A stretch of 64,000 bases of DNA, from NCBI GenBank assembly GCA_041662625.1, contig JBAZSB010000001.1, forward strand, positions 617,385 to 681,384, written 5' to 3'. The notes under the pieces are model-generated. The model was given only the letters and a program-made list of their open reading frames with translations. It did no database searches and was not told where the DNA came from. This document shows positions 38,899-46,419 of this stretch, piece by piece. Position 1 is the first letter of the stretch; every line of letters begins with the position of its first letter. Origin of the DNA: Patescibacteria group bacterium. Lineage in GTDB: Bacteria; Patescibacteriota; Patescibacteriia; Buchananbacterales; UBA6539. The position numbers and the translations under genes are program-made.

Positions 38899-39351
38899 AT
38901 GCCCACTATTACTACAAATAAAAAAGCTCTCCATGACTTCCAGGTGTTAGAAAAGCTTGAAGCCGGAATTATTTTGACCGGCCCAGAAGTTAAATCAGTT
39001 AAGGCAGGTCAAATCAATCTAAAAGGTGGCTATATTAGTATCGATAACAAAAGCCAGGTTTGGTTAACCGGCGTTCATATCGCCCATTACAAGCCAGCCA
39101 GTGCCATTCAGACTAACTATAACCCCAGCCGAACCAGAAAACTCCTGCTCAATAAAAAAGAGATTAATTACCTCCGGGGTAAGGAAAAGGAAAGAGGCTT
39201 GACAATTTTACCAATTTCTGTGTATACTAAAGGCAATCTAATTAAGCTGGAAGTTGGCTTAGTCAGAGGTAAAAAGCAGTATGACAAGCGCCAGACCATA
39301 AAAAAACGGGAGATCGACCGCGAGATCAGGCGCCATATAAAACGCAAATAG
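38899..39351 (+). CDS. smpB: SsrA-binding protein
   Basis: NKKALHDF..LEAGI.L.G.EVKS, RTRKLLL, GKKQYDKR. Confidence 0.97.
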   Translation: MPTITTNKKALHDFQVLEKLEAGIILTGPEVKSVKAGQINLKGGYISIDNKSQVWLTGVHIAHYKPASAIQTNYNPSRTRKLLLNKKEINYLRGKEKERGLTILPISVYTKGNLIKLEVGLVRGKKQYDKRQTIKKREIDREIRRHIKRK

Positions 39352-39413
39352 CAAATCGCTTATTGCTAATCGTAAAATGATTTGCTATTGGCGATTGGCG
39401 ATTTGCCAAATAC

Positions 39414-39802
39414 GGGGATGTCTAAAATCGATAGGATCTAGATTTAAAGTCCTCAGGTCGAGCATTGGTCTACTTGGCTCGCTAATCTCAATGACCAAAC
39501 AAATAAGTGCCAAATCACTTGTCGCTAAGGTAAAAAGTGCTTTCAGCTCTTTAGCCTTAGCTCCCGCTTTGGCCTAAAAACCCAGAGCCATCAGCCCGGT
39601 GATGCCTAATAGCCGGTCCCTGGTGTCAATAATTAGGCTGCCGCAAGTTAATGCCTCATTGATTTGCATAAGCACTTGAGGCTTTGGCTTTTGGGGTTTT
39701 GTCAGTTTTTGACCCAAAGGCCGAAAATAAAAATTGACTAAACCTGTAAAACTATTTTGAATCTAATTCTAGACAGGGGTGCAAATCCCCTCATCTCCAC
39801 CA
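39414..39802 (+). ncRNA. ssrA: tmRNA; tag (A)AKSLVAKVKSAFSSLALAPALA* at 39509-39577
   Basis: 5' GGGGATG, 3' GGGGTGCAAATCCCCTCATCTCCACCA, tag ends in ALA, adjacent to smpB. Confidence 0.93.
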
Positions 39803-39904
39803 CTCGACTCGTCCCGATTTATCGGGACTCGCTCGTGGTGCCTCGAATTTGGCAAGAGGCACTAAGTAAAAACATTTAACAGTTAATTATTAACTTATAA
39901 GGCA

Positions 39905-40456
39905 TTGAGAATTTCAAGAAGACGACCAAATTACAAGGCCAGCCAATTTAAAAAACACCGGATTAACCAATTTATTCGGGTGCCACAGGTTAGGTTAATC
40001 GACGAGACCGGCCAAAATTTTGGCGTGGTCAGCACCAGTGAAGCTTTGGCAATGGCACAAGAAAAAGGCTTAGATTTAGTGGAAGTCTCCCCTCTCGCCC
40101 AGCCACCGGTTGCTAAAATCGTTGATTACAGCAAACTTAAATATCAGGAAGAAAAAGAACGGCGCAAAGAAAAAGCTAAGCAGAAAAAAATTGAAGTGAA
40201 AGGAATTAGATTGTCACTGAGAATTAGTGAACACGACAAGGACACCAAAGCCAAACAAGCGGAAAAATTTTTAAACCAGGACGATAAAATAAAAATTGAG
40301 ATAATCCTTAAAGGCCGGGAACGCCAGCATGCTGATTTAGCCCGCGAAATCATCAACAAATTTATCAGCTCAATTAACGGGTTAATCCCAATCAATATTG
40401 AACAACCGTTAAATATCCAGGGTGGCAAATTATCGGCACTGATCGCTAAAAAATAG
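39905..40456 (+). CDS. infC: Translation initiation factor IF-3
   Basis: RINQFIRVPQVRLID, LDLVEVSP, PPVAKIVDY; non-ATG start (TTG, or in-frame ATT at 39911). Confidence 0.96.
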   Translation: MRISRRRPNYKASQFKKHRINQFIRVPQVRLIDETGQNFGVVSTSEALAMAQEKGLDLVEVSPLAQPPVAKIVDYSKLKYQEEKERRKEKAKQKKIEVKGIRLSLRISEHDKDTKAKQAEKFLNQDDKIKIEIILKGRERQHADLAREIINKFISSINGLIPINIEQPLNIQGGKLSALIAKK

Positions 40457-40584
40457 TTAGCTAAGATCAAACCAGCCTATCGCTGTTTTTTAATTTAAGG
40501 GATAAAGCGATAGAGCGATATAGTCAATAAAGTTCTTTTACCTTATCGCTTTATCAACTATATTAACTCTATTAACTTAAAATT

Positions 40585-40788
40585 ATGAAACTAAAAACTC
40601 ACAAATCAACGGCAAAAAAAATTAAAATCACTGGGGGCAAAAGAAAAAAAAAATTATTCACCAAACATTCTGGTCAGGATCATTTTAATGCCCGCGAATC
40701 CGGAAATATGACCCGCCACAAACGGAAAAATATTGCCGTGTCTAAAGTTGATGAAAGAAATATTAAACGTTTATTACCTTATTCATAA
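40585..40788 (+). CDS. rpmI: 50S ribosomal protein L35
   Basis: KLKTHKSTAKK; position between infC and rplT. Confidence 0.92.
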   Translation: MKLKTHKSTAKKIKITGGKRKKKLFTKHSGQDHFNARESGNMTRHKRKNIAVSKVDERNIKRLLPYS

Positions 40789-40826
40789 AGTTAATTGCTA
40801 AAGGTTAACTGTCAATTGTTAAATTT

Positions 40827-41174
40827 ATGCCACGAGTAAAAAGAGGAAAAACTCACGTTGCCAAACGGAAAAGACTTTTTCAAAAAACTAAAGGCTATCG
40901 CTGGGGCCGCAAAAACACCATTCGCTTAGCCAAAACCGCAATCAACAAAGCCGGTGTCCATGCTTATACTGGCCGCAAAAAGAAAAAAAGAGTCAACCGG
41001 GCTTTATGGCAGATTCAAATCAACGCCGGCACCCGCCAGTACGATTTAAGCTATTCCAAATTCATCCATCTGCTCAAAAAGAACAAAATCGACCTGGACC
41101 GCAAAGTCTTAGCCGAACTTGCCGGCAAGCAACCGAAAGTTTTTGCCAAAATCATTTCTGAAGTAAAAAAATAA
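40827..41174 (+). CDS. rplT: 50S ribosomal protein L20
   Basis: MPRVKRG, RALWQIQINA, LDRKVLAELA. Confidence 0.97.
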   Translation: MPRVKRGKTHVAKRKRLFQKTKGYRWGRKNTIRLAKTAINKAGVHAYTGRKKKKRVNRALWQIQINAGTRQYDLSYSKFIHLLKKNKIDLDRKVLAELAGKQPKVFAKIISEVKK

Positions 41175-41182
41175 ATTACAAT

Positions 41183-41723
41183 AAAAAATTCCACAGCGGA
41201 GGCGTACCCGCCCGCTTCGCGTTCGGGCAAGGCTCAGTTGGTTATCTCTTTAAAAAAATAAAGTGCAAAACGGAGGCGTAGCTCAGTTGGTTAGAGCGTC
41301 TGCCTGTCACGCAGAAGGTCGTGGGTTCGAGCCCCATCGTCTCCGCTTTGCACTTTATTTTTTATTATCCAAAAGCCAATTATAAAATTAGGGGGGTCAC
41401 GCAGATTTACCCGCCGTAGCGCAAGCATAGGCGGGAGGTCGTGGGTTCTGCGCCACCTTAATTAATAAAAAAGGCGCACCAGCCTCTGGCTGGGAGCCCC
41501 ATCGTCTCCGCTTTGCACTTTATTTTTTATTATCCAAAAATCGAGGGTTCGCCTGCCCCGCCCTAAGTCTTTAACCAAAAGACTAAATACTCATTTAAAG
41601 TAAGGCGTCAGCCGTTTCCGAGAGATTAAGTTAGAATACTAAATTTACTCTTTCGGACTTAGGGCGGGGAGCCCCATCGTCTCCGCTGTGGAATTTTTTT
41701 TGTTAGCCAAAAGCGTCTGCCTG
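41183..41723 (+). repeat. Cluster of interrupted tRNA-Asp fragments around the intact gene
   Basis: 5' fragment 41198-41244; 3' fragments 41396-41510 and 41541-41685, each carrying palindromic inserts. Confidence 0.85.
41272..41345 (+). tRNA. tRNA-Asp(GTC), CCA not encoded
   Basis: GGAGGCG acceptor stem, TCTGC-CTGTCAC-GCAGA, TTCGAGC. Confidence 0.95.
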
Positions 41724-41812
41724 CCTGCACCGCCATTACTATCAACCCAGCCACCCCAAAAGGGCGGTTTTTAGTTAATCCCGATATGTATTTACTACGC
41801 CCTGGAAGCCAC

Positions 41813-41840
41813 TTGACAAAAAATGCTATTCCATTATACT
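41813..41840 (+). promoter_or_regulatory. Sigma70 promoter of the five-gene operon
   Basis: TTGACA...TATACT. Confidence 0.65.
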
Positions 41841-41877
41841 AAATAATACCACCTAAATAATAATTGAATATTGGAAT

Positions 41878-42237
41878 ATGGCAAAAGCACACATAACCAC
41901 CGAGAATGGCGTAAAAATAACAATTGAGGGAACGCCAGAGGAAGTAAGCACCTTAATGAAAAAAATGAAAACCGGCCGCTCAAAACAGAACTATTTTAGC
42001 GCGGCAAAACGAATTTCAAAAAACCGGGCAAAGGCAACCCCCATGAATTTAATTGATGGACTTATAGATGGTGGTTTTTTTAAAAAACCTCAGGAACTTA
42101 GTGCAATAAAAATTGCTTTGCAAGAACAAGGTCATAATTATCCGGTAAATCGCCTTTCCCCTGCCCTAATACGTCTAGTACGAAAAGGGCAATTAAAAAG
42201 AAAAAAAGATAAGAAGCTGTGGCTATATACCAACTAA
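41878..42237 (+). CDS. Small basic protein with C-terminal 'GFF' winged-helix-like domain
   Basis: LIDGGFFKKPQELSAIK.AL...G..Y....LSPALIRLVRKGQLKR....WLY. Confidence 0.7.
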   Translation: MAKAHITTENGVKITIEGTPEEVSTLMKKMKTGRSKQNYFSAAKRISKNRAKATPMNLIDGLIDGGFFKKPQELSAIKIALQEQGHNYPVNRLSPALIRLVRKGQLKRKKDKKLWLYTN

Positions 42238-42259
42238 TTAAAATTATATTTAAAATTTT

Positions 42260-42583
42260 ATGGCTTCAAATGAATCACAAAATAAAAAAATAATAATTAG
42301 ATTAGAGAAACTCGAAGCGGTTGTATTCGGAGACGGTAAGACATCAAAAAAAATAAAAAAGGATTCATCGTTTAGGGGACCAAAGGGTGGATGTCAATTA
42401 ATTTTGTCCAAGGGATTTTTTAATAAAAAGAGAGCTGTTGATGAAACAAAGAAGGAATTAGAAAAATATGATTATTATTATTCACGAGATGCCATTCAAA
42501 CAGCTCTTAATCGGATGTCTAAAAATAACGGGCTATTAGTTTCTCTCAAGGGTAAACCAAAAATGTATGTCAAAAGAAAGTAG
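42260..42583 (+). CDS. Small basic 'GFF' wHTH-like paralog with N-terminal RLEKLEAVVFG helix
   Basis: ILSKGFFNKKRAVDETKKELEK..YYY....IQTALNRM....L. Confidence 0.7.
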   Translation: MASNESQNKKIIIRLEKLEAVVFGDGKTSKKIKKDSSFRGPKGGCQLILSKGFFNKKRAVDETKKELEKYDYYYSRDAIQTALNRMSKNNGLLVSLKGKPKMYVKRK

Positions 42584-42836
42584 TAAAATTGCGAAAAGTG
42601 CACCTGATAGTTTAAAACTTTTATGGTCAAGAGGATTTTTCAAGTCCTGGAAAAATTATGGTCAAATTACTAAAAGTTTATCTAATAATGGCTATAATTT
42701 TACTACCTCCGGACTAAGTATGGCATTAGAACGTGCCAAGCATCTAACTAGGCGGGGCAAACGGGGCAATTACGAATACATTCAAAAATATCCTTTTGTT
42801 AAAGAAGGAGGTGAAAAGTCGAAAAATCATAAATAA
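42567..42836 (+). CDS. Small basic 'GFF' wHTH-like paralog
   Basis: LWSRGFFKSWKNYGQITKSLSNNGYNF....LSMALER...LTRRG....YEY. Confidence 0.7.
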   Translation: MSKESSKIAKSAPDSLKLLWSRGFFKSWKNYGQITKSLSNNGYNFTTSGLSMALERAKHLTRRGKRGNYEYIQKYPFVKEGGEKSKNHK

Positions 42837-42841
42837 CTACT

Positions 42842-43153
42842 ATGGACAAAACTACAAAAAATTTATTAATACGTGTTGAGAAACTTGAAAATGCAGTTTT
42901 CGGTACTAAGAAAAAAATAAAAACTGCTACGGGCGATGAGAAAAGCCTATCGAATCATATTATCGGATTGCGCGATCGCAGTACTTTTAGACAGCCGCTA
43001 ACGCCAAAAGAAATTCATGAAAAACTGGAATCCACCTATCCTTGTGACCTCAGTCGGGTCAAAGTAGAATTAATCCGACTTCAAAAGCGAAGGCAACTTA
43101 GAAAAACTTCAAAATTAATCGGGAAAAAGAGATACGTAGCATATGTCTGGTAA
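42842..43153 (+). CDS. Small basic wHTH-like paralog with N-terminal RVEKLENAVFG helix
   Basis: LRDRSTFRQPLTPKEIHEKL...Y......VKVELIRLQKRRQLRK...YVAY. Confidence 0.7.
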   Translation: MDKTTKNLLIRVEKLENAVFGTKKKIKTATGDEKSLSNHIIGLRDRSTFRQPLTPKEIHEKLESTYPCDLSRVKVELIRLQKRRQLRKTSKLIGKKRYVAYVW

Positions 43154-43889
43154 CTCTCTCAAGAAAAAAGCCCGCGATCTTATCATCGACTCGAAGAGCC
43201 GCTATGTACTGATACAAAAACTTATTATCGGAGGATTTTTTGATTCACCAGTTTCAAGCGAGCGAACAGTTTTGGCTATAAAAGAAAAATTTGGTAAGCA
43301 ATGGAAAACCAATTATGTGCAGACATATATGCAAAAATTCATGTCGGCCGGCATTATTCACGCCATAAAGCCCAAAGGACAAAAATGTAATTATTGGGTT
43401 CTCGTAAACGTGACAAGGGAAATGGCCCTACGAGAAATTGGCAAGAGTATAAAAGTACAGGAAATCCAAGAAGAACTTTTCTCCAAAGCACTCGTGAATC
43501 GCTTACAAAAAAATTTCGGCCAGGACTTAGATGAATTACGTGAAAATTTTGGCAGAAATGGAAATTCGACGGCATTCTTATTGAGAAAAATTCTTGAAAA
43601 ATTGATTATTATTGTCTTTGCTAAGAATGGTAAGGAAAAACTTCTTGAAGATAAAAATCGGCCAGGTGGATGGGTTGGCTTAAAAGAAATGATTGAAATA
43701 GCAACCCGAGAAAAATTGAATGGTATTTCATTTTTAACAGCTAAAACGGGAAATGAAATAAGAGGGCTCAAATTTCTTGGTGATACCGCTGCACATAATC
43801 CTCTAGTAGATGTGCAAATGAGCACCATTGTTCCCCAGATGCCATTTATTATTACAGCATATGAAGAGCTCGCGAAAAGACTTCGATAA
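43143..43889 (+). CDS. 'GFF' wHTH-like domain fused to HEPN/DUF4145-like domain
   Basis: LIIGGFFDSPVSS; NSTAFLLRKILEKLI; KFLGDTAAH. Confidence 0.7.
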   Translation: MSGNSLKKKARDLIIDSKSRYVLIQKLIIGGFFDSPVSSERTVLAIKEKFGKQWKTNYVQTYMQKFMSAGIIHAIKPKGQKCNYWVLVNVTREMALREIGKSIKVQEIQEELFSKALVNRLQKNFGQDLDELRENFGRNGNSTAFLLRKILEKLIIIVFAKNGKEKLLEDKNRPGGWVGLKEMIEIATREKLNGISFLTAKTGNEIRGLKFLGDTAAHNPLVDVQMSTIVPQMPFIITAYEELAKRLR

Positions 43890-44065
43890 AGCAACCCCCA
43901 CTTCCTATCCGCCCGCCCCAAATCCATCCTAATTTTCAAAAAAGAAAAATCGCCTCTCGACTTCCCCTTCTAAATACTTAACGTCGCTCGAGGCGGTTTT
44001 TTGGAATAAAAAAGAGACCCATGACGAAACCACAGGTCTTATTAGTGATGCTAGCCCGACTTATT

Positions 44066-44740
44066 TCAGTCCGGACAGCACATCGGGAACGTTTGCCCCG
44101 GAAAGTGTTCCTCGTTCCAGGACCAGCCCCCTGCTTCCTCCTTGCCTAAAACCTCAGGCGGTTTTTCGCAATTCCATTTGGTGCGTGCCTGCTCGCGATC
44201 ACCCATAATGGTAATACAAGTTGCATCGGAACAGTAGAAACAGCCAACTTCGTCGCCTGGTATAGCTATTTCCTCAATTCCAATACTGCCACATGCAGGA
44301 CAGTAACCATAGCGATCGTCCTGGAACCACTCGTCTTCCCGAACGACCTTGTCCGACCCGACGGTCCGCGGAAAAGGCAACATCGCCGTCACTTGCCTCA
44401 GTATTTCTTGCATTTCGTCGGGCGTCAAGCCCCGTTTTTCGACCGAAACATCGCCCCAACGATAGATTCGACTACTGGACCAGGTGATGATCTTAATCGC
44501 CGGATTTTTCGCCCTGATCGCCTGGGCAATTTTGGCGCCATCGTTTCCTGAACTATCCCCCAGCGTGAGGTTACCATCGACTATCGCAACATGGATCTTC
44601 AGGGAATCCAATTGATCCACGATTGCCAATGCTGCCTCCAATGTTTCCGCTTCGGTAACGGAGTGACCTGCCCCTTCCAGCCCCCGCTTTACGATTCTGC
44701 GGCCGCTGGGTCTGTCTTCGACCAAAAATACATTCGCCAC
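44066..44740 (-). CDS. GC-rich response-regulator receiver domain with C-terminal Cys-rich domain
   Basis: VFLVEDR, AIVDGNL, DG..IA, ITWSS; CPACG and CFYC; SD GAGGAG. Confidence 0.75.
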   Translation of the reverse strand: MANVFLVEDRPSGRRIVKRGLEGAGHSVTEAETLEAALAIVDQLDSLKIHVAIVDGNLTLGDSSGNDGAKIAQAIRAKNPAIKIITWSSSRIYRWGDVSVEKRGLTPDEMQEILRQVTAMLPFPRTVGSDKVVREDEWFQDDRYGYCPACGSIGIEEIAIPGDEVGCFYCSDATCITIMGDREQARTKWNCEKPPEVLGKEEAGGWSWNEEHFPGQTFPMCCPD

Positions 44741-45007
44741 TTCTCGTTCCTCCTCTCGTTGTAACTATCCTGTAATTACGAAAAGTCTGCCCTAATTTCG
44801 CCCAACAAAGGCGAAACCGACCCATCAATAAGAATAGGAATTCAATAAAAAATTACTACTTTAATGATAGTTTGTCAATTCAATGCCAAACTAGACGATT
44901 TCTGTCTACCTGCCCTGGCCTGCCGGCAGGCAGGCTTCTTGGCTCGCCATCTGGCGGCTAGTGGGGTATACTTAATATATAAGCGTATTACCGATTAAAT
45001 TGAATCT

Positions 45008-45313
45008 ATGCCGATTAAACAATTACATATTGTAGAAAAGATAAAATTTATTGTCTCTAGTAGTATAAGAACAAAAAAACAAATACTAGACGAGGTAGAA
45101 GAAGATGCTCAAGAACATCACCTGCTTAATCAAATGCAGGAAAAAGAAGACGATGCCAAAGTTGACCACGCCCAAAAGGAATTACAAGAAGAAAATGAGA
45201 TAGCAGACGGTACATATTCACGCATATTCCAGGCATTAGTAATAAGCATTTTTATTAATTTTATTTTTTTAGTAGCTTTTGCTATTCTTTGGTATTTTCT
45301 TATTTACAGATAG
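45008..45313 (+). CDS. Hypothetical protein with C-terminal TM
   Basis: ORF with acidic region and hydrophobic tail. Confidence 0.6.
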   Translation: MPIKQLHIVEKIKFIVSSSIRTKKQILDEVEEDAQEHHLLNQMQEKEDDAKVDHAQKELQEENEIADGTYSRIFQALVISIFINFIFLVAFAILWYFLIYR

Positions 45314-45328
45314 ATAGAAATAATTACT

Positions 45329-46078
45329 ATGGTCAAAAAAATAAAAAAATCTCATTTATTGTCACTTTTGGTAATTCTTTTTTTATTGCTGGCCTGGATT
45401 GTTTTTGAATTGTCGCTTGAAGATCCCAAAGGAAAAGTGAATGTGGTTAAAAAAGTTTACTACCAGGCCGTGCGCATTATTATACCGATTAAACCAGCAA
45501 TTAAGCTGGCAGTCCCCTACCACCGCCAGGAGCATGCTCTCTCATGTGAAGTTGCATCTTTACTAATGGCCTTGAAATATCGAGGGGTTAATGCCACAGA
45601 AAGTGAATTAATCCAGCAGCTGCCAATATCTGACCCAGCCCCACGGAGTAAAAATAACACCTGGGGTGATCCTAATTTAGGCTTCGTCGGTAATATTGAT
45701 GGCCGAATGCCCAATACTGGCTACGGCGTTTACGAACAACCGATTTATGATTTAGCTGCCAAATACCGAGAGGCTAAAATTATTACCAATGGAACACTGA
45801 CTGACTTAACGACGGAATTAGGCAACAATAATCCAATTGTCGTTTGGGGAGTAGTGGTTGGCAGAAGCAAAGATATCTCCTGGAAAACGCCGGAAGGAAA
45901 AATTATTATTGCTCAGCTCGATGAACACGCCCGGACTTTAATTGGTTTTACTGGCCAATCAGATAATCCGGAGTTAATGATCCTTTTAGATCCTCTTTAT
46001 GGCGAAGTAAGATTGAAAGTTGCAGATTTCTTAAAAAATTGGGATTTGCTTGAAAAAAAAGCCGTGGTTATTTACTAA
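45329..46078 (+). CDS. C39-like peptidase family protein
   Basis: VPYHRQEHALSCEVASL.MAL, DP..GFVG, EHA..LIG, DP. Confidence 0.85.
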   Translation: MVKKIKKSHLLSLLVILFLLLAWIVFELSLEDPKGKVNVVKKVYYQAVRIIIPIKPAIKLAVPYHRQEHALSCEVASLLMALKYRGVNATESELIQQLPISDPAPRSKNNTWGDPNLGFVGNIDGRMPNTGYGVYEQPIYDLAAKYREAKIITNGTLTDLTTELGNNNPIVVWGVVVGRSKDISWKTPEGKIIIAQLDEHARTLIGFTGQSDNPELMILLDPLYGEVRLKVADFLKNWDLLEKKAVVIY

Positions 46079-46419
46079 TTATTCCCAATTACTAAATCGG
46101 GGGCAGACAACAGACAGGTCATCATTTTCGTCCTTATCATTAAATCGATCGCCTCAAACTTGTTGAGAGGCGGTTTTTTGGTACCAGATTATTCGCAAGG
46201 CTACCGCCCCGGCCAAGCGGTTTTCTAGGGTAGTATTATCCTAGATAATTATCGCTTAATCTAACTAAAAAAGCAGCCAAAGCGTAATCAAAGAAAGAAT
46301 TTGGGGAAGAAAACAGTATTATATAATAGACTGAGGTCTATTTTGTGTTGTTGATCTTGTCAAAATTTGGTATAATTTAAGTGTATTTATATATTATTAA
46401 TTTATTATTACCAAAAAAT

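Noticed and set aside
39377-39577. 66-aa ORF
   Set aside because: It overlaps tmRNA; only its end is the tag reading frame
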